DNA from: Kiritimatiellia bacterium
GTDB taxonomy: Bacteria; Verrucomicrobiota; Kiritimatiellia; RFP12; UBA1067
Assembly (NCBI GenBank): GCA_035353175.1
Contig: DAOPZC010000018.1
Coordinates: 951 to 64,950, forward strand
Reading direction: 5' to 3'
DNA: 64,000 bases
Of the stretch, positions 30,131-39,212 are shown piece after piece. The notes below the pieces were generated by a model that did not search any database, was not told the DNA's origin, and was given only the letters and a program-made list of their open reading frames with translations. Made by a program: the position numbers and the translations under genes. Each line of letters begins with the position of its first letter. Positions within the stretch are counted from its first letter, which is position 1.

Positions 30131-31507
30131 ATGAATAGGAGAAACTTCCTTAGGGTCGGCGGAGGTGCGGCCTTGCTGCCCGGGCTGCTGCCGCAGGCGT
30201 CGCGCGCCGCGGATGCGGCGGTGGCGCAGGGGACGACCGTGCGCGAACCGGCACGCGATATCCCGGTCGCTGAACAGGCCGACGTGGCGGTGTGCGGAGG
30301 CGGCCCCGCGGGCGTCGCGGCCGCTGTCGGCGCGGCGCGGCAGGGAGCGAAAACGCTGCTGCTGGAACAGCACGGCTGCCTGGGGGGCATCTGGACCTCC
30401 GGCCTGCTGAGCTGGCTGCTCGACTGCGACAACAAAACAGGACTGATGGCGGAGATCGCGAAGCGGATGGCCGAGCGGGGCGCCCAGACCGTCACGGCCG
30501 GCGGCAAAGCCACCAACGCCTTCGATGTGGAGGTGATGAAGCTGGCGCTCGAACAGCTCTGCGAAGAGGCCGGCGTGGAGGTCCGTTACCATACGCGCGC
30601 GGTCGCGGCGGTGACGCGTGACGGTCGCGTGACGCATGCCGTGACCGAATCCCGTTCCGGGCGCGAAGCGCTGTCGGCGAAGGTTTTTGTCGATGCGACC
30701 GGCGACGGGGACTTCGGCGCCTTGGCCGGATGCGGCTTCGAGCTCGGGCAAGCCGGTACGGGATCGACCCAGCCCATGAGCCTGATCTGCCTGGTGGCGG
30801 GGGTCTCCGCGCCGGAGATCAGCGCGTACTACAACGATCTGGACCACGCGAGTTCCTGGGCCGCGCCGAAAGACAGGCTGCGTGCCGCCATGGAGGCGGG
30901 CGGTCATTCGCCGTCATATGCCAAACCCTCGCTTTTTCGTGTGCGCGACGACCTGTTCATCTTGATGGCCAACCACGAATACGGCGTCAAGGGGACGGAC
31001 GCGCGCGACGTGACGCGCGCAACGCTGCGCGCCCGCAAAGAGCTGCACGCGCTGGTCGACGGTTTGCGGAGCACCGGAGGCGTGTGGAAGGACCTGCGCC
31101 TCGTCGCGACGGCCGAGCAGATCGGCGTGCGCGAGGGGCGGCGCCTGAGGGGACTCTACACGCTCACAGCGGACGATCTGCGCGCGGGACGGCGCTTCGA
31201 GGACGCCGTCTGCCGCGCGACGTTCGGGGTCGACGTGCATGCGCTGGATCCCCGGAAGACGAAGGGTATCGAGGCGCAGTCCTGGCGTGCGAAGCCGTAT
31301 GACATTCCGCTCCGTGCGCTGGTCGCGAAGGATGTGCAGGGCCTGCTCTTTGCCGGGCGCTGCATCAGCGGCGACTTCATCGCGCACTCCAGCTACCGCG
31401 TGACGGGCAATGCCGTGGCGATGGGCGAAGCGGCTGGCAAGGTCGCCTCCCTGGCGGCCCTCAGCGGACGGCTCCCGTCGGAGGTGAAACGGTCGGAATT
31501 CGCGTGA
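30131..31507 (+). CDS. FAD-dependent oxidoreductase (TAT-exported), paralog of 22283..23725
   Basis: RRNFLRVGGGAALL TAT motif. DVAVCGGGPAGVAAAVGAARQGAKT. Collinear similarity to the other copy over the whole length. Confidence 0.75.
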   Translation: MNRRNFLRVGGGAALLPGLLPQASRAADAAVAQGTTVREPARDIPVAEQADVAVCGGGPAGVAAAVGAARQGAKTLLLEQHGCLGGIWTSGLLSWLLDCDNKTGLMAEIAKRMAERGAQTVTAGGKATNAFDVEVMKLALEQLCEEAGVEVRYHTRAVAAVTRDGRVTHAVTESRSGREALSAKVFVDATGDGDFGALAGCGFELGQAGTGSTQPMSLICLVAGVSAPEISAYYNDLDHASSWAAPKDRLRAAMEAGGHSPSYAKPSLFRVRDDLFILMANHEYGVKGTDARDVTRATLRARKELHALVDGLRSTGGVWKDLRLVATAEQIGVREGRRLRGLYTLTADDLRAGRRFEDAVCRATFGVDVHALDPRKTKGIEAQSWRAKPYDIPLRALVAKDVQGLLFAGRCISGDFIAHSSYRVTGNAVAMGEAAGKVASLAALSGRLPSEVKRSEFA

Positions 31508-31532
31508 GCGGGCGCGGCCTGCGCCGGGCCTC

Positions 31533-31964
31533 TTACTTGACCCGCCTCACGACGGTGCGGGCGAGTTTGTCGTGCCAGCCTTGTTTGCGCGGATCGAAGA
31601 TGATCCAGAGCAGGCCTGCCCCGAGCGGAAGCGCCGCGAGAAAGTAACCGAGAAAGCGGACGAGAAGCTGCCATGGCGCGGGCTTCCTGCCGGTCTCCGC
31701 ATCCACGATTTTCGCGGAAACCCCCATTTTTCCGGGCGTCGCGGAGCAGATGAGCCAGAAAAGCAAAATGATGAGGCTGGGCAAGACGAACGTGTTCAGA
31801 AAATCGACGGGGCCGCGCACGGTGATGTCGCTTTTGAAATATTCGCGGCCATGGATGGCGTACAGAATCGGAACGGAAAAGAAAACAAACGCCACAACAT
31901 CGATGACCCACGCCCAGAGACGGGGCCCGAAGCCGACATAGTCAGAAGGTTGTTTCTTCGCCAT
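31533..31964 (-). CDS. RDD-family small membrane protein
   Basis: YVGFGPRLWAWVIDVV...RQGWHDKLARTVV matches the RDD family (R..D..D). Start moved to the internal ATG. Confidence 0.6.
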   Translation of the reverse strand: MAKKQPSDYVGFGPRLWAWVIDVVAFVFFSVPILYAIHGREYFKSDITVRGPVDFLNTFVLPSLIILLFWLICSATPGKMGVSAKIVDAETGRKPAPWQLLVRFLGYFLAALPLGAGLLWIIFDPRKQGWHDKLARTVVRRVK

Positions 31965-32113
31965 ACGTGACTGCTTTGCTAGCGTTCTGATATCCACGGT
32001 GACGGAACGAGAATACCCCTGCGGGCTGTTTATGGCAAGCCCGTTTTTCAACGCCGCGGGCGGCGAAAAACGGTTTCGTGGTGCAGCGCGTTCTTGCCTT
32101 CCGGGCTCGACCT

Positions 32114-34108
32114 TTACCGGATGACCGGCCCCTGCTTGGGACCGGCGCCTTTAAGGTGCAGTTTGACCAAGAAAACATTGGAGGGAAGCCCGTTGTTGAA
32201 GCTGGGGAGCACCAGCGTGTGGAGCACCTGCAGGTCGATCTTGTCCTTGTTTTTATCGTAGTGCGTGAAGTGGTAGTTGTGTTCGGAATCCAAAAGCGCA
32301 AAAAGCGGGAGGTCCGGATATTGCTTGTGGACGTTCAGGACCATGGGGACCGGATCGGCGTTCGGCGCGGGAGCCACGCGCGCTTTGAGCGACAGGAAAA
32401 GCTGCGGCGCCCGTTCGCCGAAGACGACGGCGTTGTCCGGGACGATCTTGGCCAAATCGGCGACGGCTTTTTTGTGCAGGTGCCCCCGTTCCGTCAGCTC
32501 CACGACGCCCTTGCGCCATCGCGGATTCGCGGCCGTCCCGAACAGCAGAAGCGCGACGAGCAGGAGATGCCAGCGTATGCCGCGCCGGAGGGTCCCCGGC
32601 AGACACCAGACGGCGAAAAAGAGGAGGATCGAGCCCACCTGCAACACGAAGGCCACGTCTTTCATGGTGGACGGAAAGATGGAGGTGTATTTGTAGGCTT
32701 CCGACAAAGGGAGCCGGCTGAAGCAGAGTTCCGAGACGCCCAGGGCGGAAAGGAGAACGCCCGCGGTGGCCGGGAGCGTCCATCTGCGGTGCCGCGCCCA
32801 CAATCCCATGGCCAGAAGCAGTCCGGCCCCGGTCAGAATATAACCCCAGTTGCGTGTCCAGACGATCTTTTGCGGCAGGTTATAGGCGTTCGCCAGATAG
32901 TCGTTGAGGCTCTCGGCCTGCGATTCTGAGACGTCGAACGAGTGGAAACTGGCGAAAACGAACAGGACGGCGATCACCAGCAGAGCGAAGGACGATTGGC
33001 GCTCAGGGCCTGACCACAGTTTCAAGTCGTGGCGGGCTTCGAGCCACAGGATCGGCATGAAGGCGATCACGGGGATGAAATAGTGCGAGTAATATACCGG
33101 CATGATCATGATGCCCGCCGCGTACAGGGGGGGCAAGAGATAGAGCAGGAGCCGCCCGTCCCACCGGATGGGCTTCTCGGTGAGCCGCCTGATGAGCAGG
33201 AGGGCGGGCAACACCAGGCACAGGGGAATCCAAATGCTCAGCAATCCGCCGCTGGGAAACCGCGGAAATGAGGAGATGCCTTTGAGCGTGGAGACCCAGT
33301 CAAAAGGATTGGGCAGGGGGTAACTCGAATCCGAAGCCTCCAGCAGCTCGTCGACGGACACGTCCTGCAAGACGGCGTCAGGGTAGACGAGCAGGCGGAT
33401 CAAGCCATACTGGACGCAGCACGAGACGGCAAAACCCGCCAAGAACCAGCCGATGCGTTTCCAGCGGTTCTTCGCGGAGGCCGCCATCCCCGCGCCGCTG
33501 ACGCCGAAGAGGGCCAGAAGCCAAATCGATTGTTTGACCCAGAGCCCAAGGCCGAACACGCAGCCGCCTAAGAATGGCCGAACGCCGCCTTTCTGACGCA
33601 CGAGGATATAACCGAGCATGAGCAGGGAGGCCATCAGGGTGTCGTTGCAGACGGTTCGCGAATAGACCAGCAGAAGGGGGTTCAGGATGCAGCAGGCGCA
33701 GAGAGCGAAAGCGATCCACGCGAGCGTTTTGCGCGACAGGAAAGCATAGAATCCCAGCCAGGCCGCCGTGTTCAGCAGGAGCGGGAAGAAGCGGTGTGCC
33801 CACGTGGTTTGGCCAAAAATCGAAAAAGCGATCCACGTGAGCGCGTGCGAGGAGGGGCAAATGGCGTAGGTGTTCGGGTTGGCGCGGATGACCGAAATGA
33901 ATTTGCCGAACAGCAACTTCTGTTTCCCTCCGCCGGAGTAGAACCCCTCGTCCGTCGCAAAGTATCCGTATTCCATCAGCGAGGGCGTGCCGCCGTCGCA
34001 GTCGATCCAAAGCCAGCGCGTCAGGACCAGCAGAAGGAGCAGCACCCCTCCGTAAAAGAGTCTCGAGGTCGCATTTCTGCCCAGAAAGAAGGCGGTCAAG
34101 CATGCCAT
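32114..34108 (-). CDS. GT-C fold membrane glycosyltransferase (ArnT/PMT-like, GT39/GT83-type)
   Basis: About 12 TM helices. N-terminal periplasmic-loop motif region (YFATDEGFY). Length 664 aa. Confidence 0.7.
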   Translation of the reverse strand: MACLTAFFLGRNATSRLFYGGVLLLLLVLTRWLWIDCDGGTPSLMEYGYFATDEGFYSGGGKQKLLFGKFISVIRANPNTYAICPSSHALTWIAFSIFGQTTWAHRFFPLLLNTAAWLGFYAFLSRKTLAWIAFALCACCILNPLLLVYSRTVCNDTLMASLLMLGYILVRQKGGVRPFLGGCVFGLGLWVKQSIWLLALFGVSGAGMAASAKNRWKRIGWFLAGFAVSCCVQYGLIRLLVYPDAVLQDVSVDELLEASDSSYPLPNPFDWVSTLKGISSFPRFPSGGLLSIWIPLCLVLPALLLIRRLTEKPIRWDGRLLLYLLPPLYAAGIMIMPVYYSHYFIPVIAFMPILWLEARHDLKLWSGPERQSSFALLVIAVLFVFASFHSFDVSESQAESLNDYLANAYNLPQKIVWTRNWGYILTGAGLLLAMGLWARHRRWTLPATAGVLLSALGVSELCFSRLPLSEAYKYTSIFPSTMKDVAFVLQVGSILLFFAVWCLPGTLRRGIRWHLLLVALLLFGTAANPRWRKGVVELTERGHLHKKAVADLAKIVPDNAVVFGERAPQLFLSLKARVAPAPNADPVPMVLNVHKQYPDLPLFALLDSEHNYHFTHYDKNKDKIDLQVLHTLVLPSFNNGLPSNVFLVKLHLKGAGPKQGPVIR

Positions 34109-34264
34109 ACGTCAACTCACTCCTGTCTAAAGAATAATGCTAAAATCCGAATCCTATTTTTCTAAAAAATAGCACACTCGAAACGCGCGTTCAACCCTTG
34201 CTTGAAAAAAAACGGGGTAAAAGAGATTGCGGGCGCTGAAAGAACGTGAAAAGATAAAACCACA

Positions 34265-34867
34265 ATGATTGCCAGTGTGATTTATCGGCGGCTTTGGCTT
34301 TATCGTGGCGTCATGACCCTCTTGTATACGGGACGATACCGCGCGCGGTTTGCGCGGGTCGCCGCCTTGCTGCGGGATGAGGACCAAGCCGTTTTGGAGC
34401 TCTGTTTCGGCGATGTGGCGATCGCGGAGTATTGCCGGGCGCACGGAAAAAGCTGGACCGGCCTCGACGTGAGCGCCGAATTTGTGGCCTACGCCGCCAA
34501 GCGGGGCTTCGATGCCCGCAAAGAGGACGTGGCGCAGGCGCGCGCGCTGCCCGCCTGTGACGCCTGCGTCATGATGGGGTCGCTCTACCATTTCAGAGAA
34601 GACCTTCCGGGGCTTTTCCGGCGCATCAAGGCCGCTTCCGGACGGTTCCTCCTTTCCGAGCCGGTCAGGAACTGGACGAACTCCCGCGGGCTGCTGAGGT
34701 TTCTCGCGAGGAAGGGCACGCGCATCGGCCAGAAGGAGGAAACCTTCCGGTTCGACGCGCCCTCGCTCATCGGGGCCTTGGACGAGCTTAAAGCGGGCGT
34801 GGGTTTCGATTATCGCATCGTCAGCGTGGCGCGCGACATGATCGTGGAGGTCGTATGGTTGAACTGA
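34265..34867 (+). CDS. Class I SAM-dependent methyltransferase
   Basis: LELCFGDVAIAEY motif I-like segment and a Rossmann methyltransferase pattern. Its stop overlaps the start of the next gene. Confidence 0.55.
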   Translation: MIASVIYRRLWLYRGVMTLLYTGRYRARFARVAALLRDEDQAVLELCFGDVAIAEYCRAHGKSWTGLDVSAEFVAYAAKRGFDARKEDVAQARALPACDACVMMGSLYHFREDLPGLFRRIKAASGRFLLSEPVRNWTNSRGLLRFLARKGTRIGQKEETFRFDAPSLIGALDELKAGVGFDYRIVSVARDMIVEVVWLN

Positions 34868-35784
34868 GTGTGGTCGTCCCCGTTTACAACAGCGAGGCCT
34901 GTTTGGAGGAGTTGGCCCGGCAGATCGCGGAGGCCTTGCGGGGGGTCTCCCATGAGCTGATCCTCGTCAACGACCAGAGTCCGGACGGCAGCTGGCGTGT
35001 GATCCGGCGGCTGTGCGAAAACGACAGGTCGGTCATCGGCATCAATCTGAGAAAGAATGCCGGGCAGGACAATGCCATCCTGTGCGGGATGCGCCGGGCG
35101 CGTGGCGCGTTCGTCGCCGTCATGGATGACGACCTGCAACACTCGCCGCACGATATTCCCGCGCTCCTCGAACAGTGCCGGAAGGGGGAGCTGGACGTCT
35201 GTTATGCCCGGCTTTTCGCGATGAAGGAGGCGTGGTGGAAAAGGGCCGGAAGCTGGCTCAACGGCAAAATGGCCGAGATCGTGATCGACAAGCCTGCGGC
35301 CCTTTACCTCTCGCCGTTCAAGGTCATGAATCGGGAAATCGTCGAAGAAATCATCAAATATACGGGGCCGTTTCCGTATGTGGACGGCCTGATTATGGGC
35401 GTGACCCGCAATCTCGGGCAGATCGACATTCCGCACAACGAGCGTTACCGGGGTAAGAGCAATTACACGGTGGCCAAGTCCGTCCTCGTGTTTCTGCGTG
35501 TGGCCACCGGGTTTTCGGTGTGGCCGCTGCGGTTCTCCTCGTATCTCGGCATCACGTGTGCGCTGTGCGGATTTGCCCTTGCCCTGTTTTACTTGGCCCA
35601 ATACGTGTTTCTCAATAGCCGCGTCGAGGGATGGATCACGCTCGTGATCCTGCAGCTCGTTCTGGGCGGCGTGCTGCTGTTCTCGATCGGCGTGGTCGGG
35701 GAGTATGTGGGCCGCCTCTATCTGAACTGCAACGGGAAGCCGCAGGCGACCGTCAAAGAGGTCTGCGGAGGAGAAGCGATATGA
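34855..35784 (+). CDS. GT2 polyprenyl-phosphate sugar transferase (ArnC/DPM1-like)
   Basis: LSVVVPVYNSE, LILVNDQSPDGS, VMDDDLQH motifs. Two C-terminal TM helices. Confidence 0.8.
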   Translation: MVELSVVVPVYNSEACLEELARQIAEALRGVSHELILVNDQSPDGSWRVIRRLCENDRSVIGINLRKNAGQDNAILCGMRRARGAFVAVMDDDLQHSPHDIPALLEQCRKGELDVCYARLFAMKEAWWKRAGSWLNGKMAEIVIDKPAALYLSPFKVMNREIVEEIIKYTGPFPYVDGLIMGVTRNLGQIDIPHNERYRGKSNYTVAKSVLVFLRVATGFSVWPLRFSSYLGITCALCGFALALFYLAQYVFLNSRVEGWITLVILQLVLGGVLLFSIGVVGEYVGRLYLNCNGKPQATVKEVCGGEAI

Positions 35785-36971
35785 TCCCTTTTAACAGGCC
35801 GGCGGTGGTCGGCCGGGAACTCGAGCACATTGCCAAAGCCGTCGCGAGCGGCAAGACCTCCGGCAACGGGCCGTTCACGCAGAAGTGCCAGCAGTTTTTC
35901 GAAGAGCGCTACGGATTTACAAAGTGCCTGCTGACGACGTCCTGCACGGATGCGTTGGAGATGGCGGCCATTCTGGCCGACATCAAGCCGGGCGATGAGG
36001 TGATCGTGCCCTCCTACACCTTCGTCTCGACCGCGCTGGCGTTCGTGCGCCAAGGCGCGGCCATCGTTTTTGCGGACAGCTATCCGGACAATCCGAACAT
36101 GGACGCGGACAGGCTTGAGCCTCTGATCACGGCGCGGACGAAAGCGATCGTCCCGGTCCACTACGCCGGCATCGCCTGCGACATGGGCAAGATCCTCGCG
36201 CTGGCGCAGAAATACGGGCTGCTGGTCATCGCGGATTCGGCGCAGGCGATCGACGCCTATTACACGGGCGATCTGTCGGCGGCGCGGTATCCCTGGCACC
36301 GGAGGCTGAAGCCGCTGAACCACAACTATCCGCTGGGGGGGCTCGGCCATCTGGGGTGCTTCTCGTTTCATGAGACCAAGAACATCCAGTGCGGCGAGGG
36401 CGGCATGTTGACCATCAACGACCCCCGTTTCATCCGCCGTGCCGAGATCATTTGGGAGAAAGGCACCAACCGCGCCGATTTCTCACGCGGTGAGGTGAAC
36501 AAGTACGAGTGGGTCGACGTCGGCTCATCGTTTCTTCCGTCCGGCATCACGGCGGCGTTCCTGTATGCGCAGCTCGAAAATCTCGTGAAGATTCAGCGGA
36601 AGCGCAAGCTGCTCTGGCGAATGTACTATGCCGGGCTTAAGCCGCTCGCCGACGAGGGGCTCTTCGCCGTGCCGCGGATGCCGCTCTATGCCACGAACAA
36701 CGCGCACATGTTCTACCTGGTGTGCCGCACGCAGCGGGAGCGCGCGCGCCTCGTCGCCTATCTGAAGGCCAACGGCATTCAGACGGCGACGCATTATCTC
36801 AGCCTCCGCAAATCCGCGTATTACAAGGACAAATATGCGGGCCCCGAACTGGTCAACTGCGAACGTTTCGTCGACAACCTGCTGCGCTTGCCGCTGTATT
36901 ACGACCTCCAGCCCGAGCAGGTGCAGATGATCGTCGGCAAGGTGACGGCCTTCTACGGCGGCTGCGGGTAG
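35781..36971 (+). CDS. DegT/DnrJ/EryC1/StrS-family PLP-dependent sugar aminotransferase (ArnB-like)
   Basis: MIPFNRPAVVGRELEHI..., SCTDALEMA..., FSFHETKNIQCGEGGML with the PLP lysine. GGAGGAG RBS. Start moved to the ATG that overlaps the upstream stop (ATGA); the track ORF begins at 35631. Confidence 0.8.
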   Translation: MIPFNRPAVVGRELEHIAKAVASGKTSGNGPFTQKCQQFFEERYGFTKCLLTTSCTDALEMAAILADIKPGDEVIVPSYTFVSTALAFVRQGAAIVFADSYPDNPNMDADRLEPLITARTKAIVPVHYAGIACDMGKILALAQKYGLLVIADSAQAIDAYYTGDLSAARYPWHRRLKPLNHNYPLGGLGHLGCFSFHETKNIQCGEGGMLTINDPRFIRRAEIIWEKGTNRADFSRGEVNKYEWVDVGSSFLPSGITAAFLYAQLENLVKIQRKRKLLWRMYYAGLKPLADEGLFAVPRMPLYATNNAHMFYLVCRTQRERARLVAYLKANGIQTATHYLSLRKSAYYKDKYAGPELVNCERFVDNLLRLPLYYDLQPEQVQMIVGKVTAFYGGCG

Positions 36972-36987
36972 CACGGGAGCCGCCGGG

Positions 36988-37467
36988 TTAGCCCGGAACC
37001 GCGGCGCTGATGCGCACGGGGTGGATGATCCGGTCGAGGACGTCGGGCGCGAGTTTGACGAGCAGGCCGCGGCGCCCGCCGTTGATGTAGATCTGCGGCA
37101 GGTCGAAAATCGTGGCTTCGGCGTATACGGGCAACGGTTTGCGCGTGCCGAACGGGCTGGTGCCGCCGACCAGGTAGCCGGTATGGCGCGTCGCGGTGTC
37201 GGGCGCGCAGGGCGCGACCGCTTTGACGCCGAGCACGCGGGCCATCTGTTTGGTGGAGATTTCGCGGTCGCCGTGCATCAGCACGATGAAGGGCTTTTTG
37301 GCGTCGGTCTCCATCACGATGGTTTTGACGGTGCTGTGCTCGTCCACGCCGAGCTCGTGGGCGGCGCGGTCGGTGCCGCCGTGCTCGACGTAGTCATAAA
37401 CGCGGGGCTCGAATGCGGCCTTCGCGGCGCGCAGCGCGCGGATGGCGGTGGTGACGGGAATGTCCAT
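36988..37467 (-). CDS. ybaK: Cys-tRNA(Pro)/Cys-tRNA(Cys) deacylase YbaK
   Basis: YbaK/ProX deacylase-like pattern (HGDREISTKQMARVLG...GYLVGGTSPFG). Confidence 0.75.
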   Translation of the reverse strand: MDIPVTTAIRALRAAKAAFEPRVYDYVEHGGTDRAAHELGVDEHSTVKTIVMETDAKKPFIVLMHGDREISTKQMARVLGVKAVAPCAPDTATRHTGYLVGGTSPFGTRKPLPVYAEATIFDLPQIYINGGRRGLLVKLAPDVLDRIIHPVRISAAVPG

Positions 37468-37590
37468 GGCTGAAACAGAAACAAAGAGGCGGCAGGATTA
37501 CCGCCGGAATGGGTTCAGGGTTAAAAAAACATATGCTATAGTATGCCGCATTCAGGCAGGTTTGGAAACGGGATTCGCAGGCGGTGAAAC

Positions 37591-38949
37591 ATGAAGCGAT
37601 TCGATTTGAAGACGGTGGCGGACTTGGCGGCGGAGCTGGCGCGGATCGGGGCGCGGCTGCCGGTGAGCGAAAACCTGGACGTGCTGGGCGAGCCGCTGGC
37701 CGTCGCGGGGCGCCGACTGGCGAACCGCTTTGTCGTGCAGCCGATGGAAGGCGTGGACGCGCGGGACGGGGACGGCGCGCCGAGCGGGCTGACCTTCCGG
37801 CGCTACCGGCGCTTTGCGGCGGGCGGCAGCGCGCTGATCTGGTTCGAGTCCGCGGCGGTGGTGCCGGAGGGCCGTTCCGGCCCGCGCCAGCTCCTGCTGA
37901 CGGAGGACAACCTCGACGTGTGGCGGCGGCTGGTCGACGAGACGCGGCGGGCGGCGCAGGCGGAAGGGTGCGGCGCGGTCGCGCTGATTCTCCAGCTCAC
38001 GCACAGCGGGCGCTACAGCCGCCCGGAGGGGCGCTCCGCGCCGGTCGTGGCGCAGCGCAATCCCGCGCTGGAGAAGGCGCTGCCGGGGATGCCGCTCGCG
38101 GAGCCGGTGGACGATGACGCGCTGGAGCGGCTGGAAGAGCGGTTCGTGGCGACGGCGGCGCTGGCCGAACGGGCGGGCTTCGACGGCGTGGACATGAAGG
38201 CCGTGCACGGCTACCTCGTGGCGGAACTGCTGGGCGCGCGGTGCCGCCCGGGGCGTTACGGCGGCTCGTACGAGAACCGCACGCGCTTCCTGAAGAACTG
38301 CATCGCCGGGATGCGGCAGACGCTCGCGAAGACGACGTGGGTGGCCTCGCGGCTCACCGTGCTGGAGCCGTCAGACTATCCTTGCGGCTGGGGCGTCGCA
38401 GAGACGGAGGGGCCCTGGCAGGCGGATCTGTCCGAGCCGCTGCGACTGGTCGGCGAACTTTCCGCGCGGGGCGTGCCGCTGCACAACATCTCGATGGGGT
38501 TTCCCCGTTTTCAGCCGTTCATGAACCGGCCGCATGACCGGGCGCTGGCGGGGTGCCCGCCGCCGCCCGAAGATCCGCTGCGGGGCGTGGTGCGCTTCCA
38601 GGAGGCGGTGCGGGCCGTGCGGCAGGCGGCGGGCGGCGTGCCGGTGATCACGGCGGCACTGTCGTGGCTGCGGCACCTCGCGCCATGTGCGGCTGCGGGG
38701 CTGGTGCGCGAGGGCTGGTGCGACCTGGTCGGGTTCGGGCGTTCGGCGTTCGCGTATCCCGATGCGCCCAAGGACATCTTGCGGCACGGCGGGATGGCGC
38801 CGGAGAAGTGCTGCGTGACCTGCTCCATGTGCTCCCAGATCATGAAGGACCTCGCGGGGCGCGGCGGCTGCGTGGTGCGCGATTCCGCGATCTATGCGCC
38901 CGAATACCGGAAGGGGCGGGAAGCGGCGCAGGCGTCCCGAGGGGCCTGA
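37591..38949 (+). CDS. Old-Yellow-Enzyme family NADH:flavin oxidoreductase with C-terminal Cys cluster
   Basis: OYE TIM-barrel segments (QLTHSGRYS, HGYLVAELL). C-terminal CCVTCSMCSQIM...GGCVVRD Cys motif. Confidence 0.75.
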   Translation: MKRFDLKTVADLAAELARIGARLPVSENLDVLGEPLAVAGRRLANRFVVQPMEGVDARDGDGAPSGLTFRRYRRFAAGGSALIWFESAAVVPEGRSGPRQLLLTEDNLDVWRRLVDETRRAAQAEGCGAVALILQLTHSGRYSRPEGRSAPVVAQRNPALEKALPGMPLAEPVDDDALERLEERFVATAALAERAGFDGVDMKAVHGYLVAELLGARCRPGRYGGSYENRTRFLKNCIAGMRQTLAKTTWVASRLTVLEPSDYPCGWGVAETEGPWQADLSEPLRLVGELSARGVPLHNISMGFPRFQPFMNRPHDRALAGCPPPPEDPLRGVVRFQEAVRAVRQAAGGVPVITAALSWLRHLAPCAAAGLVREGWCDLVGFGRSAFAYPDAPKDILRHGGMAPEKCCVTCSMCSQIMKDLAGRGGCVVRDSAIYAPEYRKGREAAQASRGA

Positions 38950-39101
38950 CCGGCCGCGCGGGTTTCTATCTGGCAGAACGGTCTGACGGAAAACCGGAAA
39001 ACGGGGAATAAGCCGGTTAGAGGCCGATTTCTTGGGTTTTCAGCAGGGAAACCGGAATCATCGGCCCCCGATTTTACCCGCACGGTCGCCAAATTAAGCG
39101 C

Positions 39102-39129
39102 TTGCGTCGCGGATATAAGGTGATATGAT
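39102..39129 (+). promoter_or_regulatory. Putative sigma70 promoter for ilvC (-35 TTGCGT, 16-nt spacer, -10 TATGAT)
   Basis: Hexamers read directly. Lies about 85 nt upstream of the ilvC ATG, in a 260-nt intergenic region. Confidence 0.4.
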
Positions 39130-39212
39130 GGTGGGCATTTTTCCGCCTGATTGTGCAGCCATCCGGCGTGTGTGACGGGGCGGGATGTTCATTAACTGAG
39201 GAGTAACTGAAA

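Noticed and set aside
37843-37865. tRNA T-loop-like GGTTCGAGTCC motif
   Set aside because: It lies inside the OYE coding frame (LIWFESAAVV) with no acceptor/anticodon arms; no tRNA genes were found in the window.
39121-39172. Possible ilvC leader peptide (MMVGIFPPDCAAIRRV) suggesting attenuation
   Set aside because: Lacks a run of Ile/Val/Leu codons and a convincing terminator/antiterminator pair; treated only as 5'UTR.
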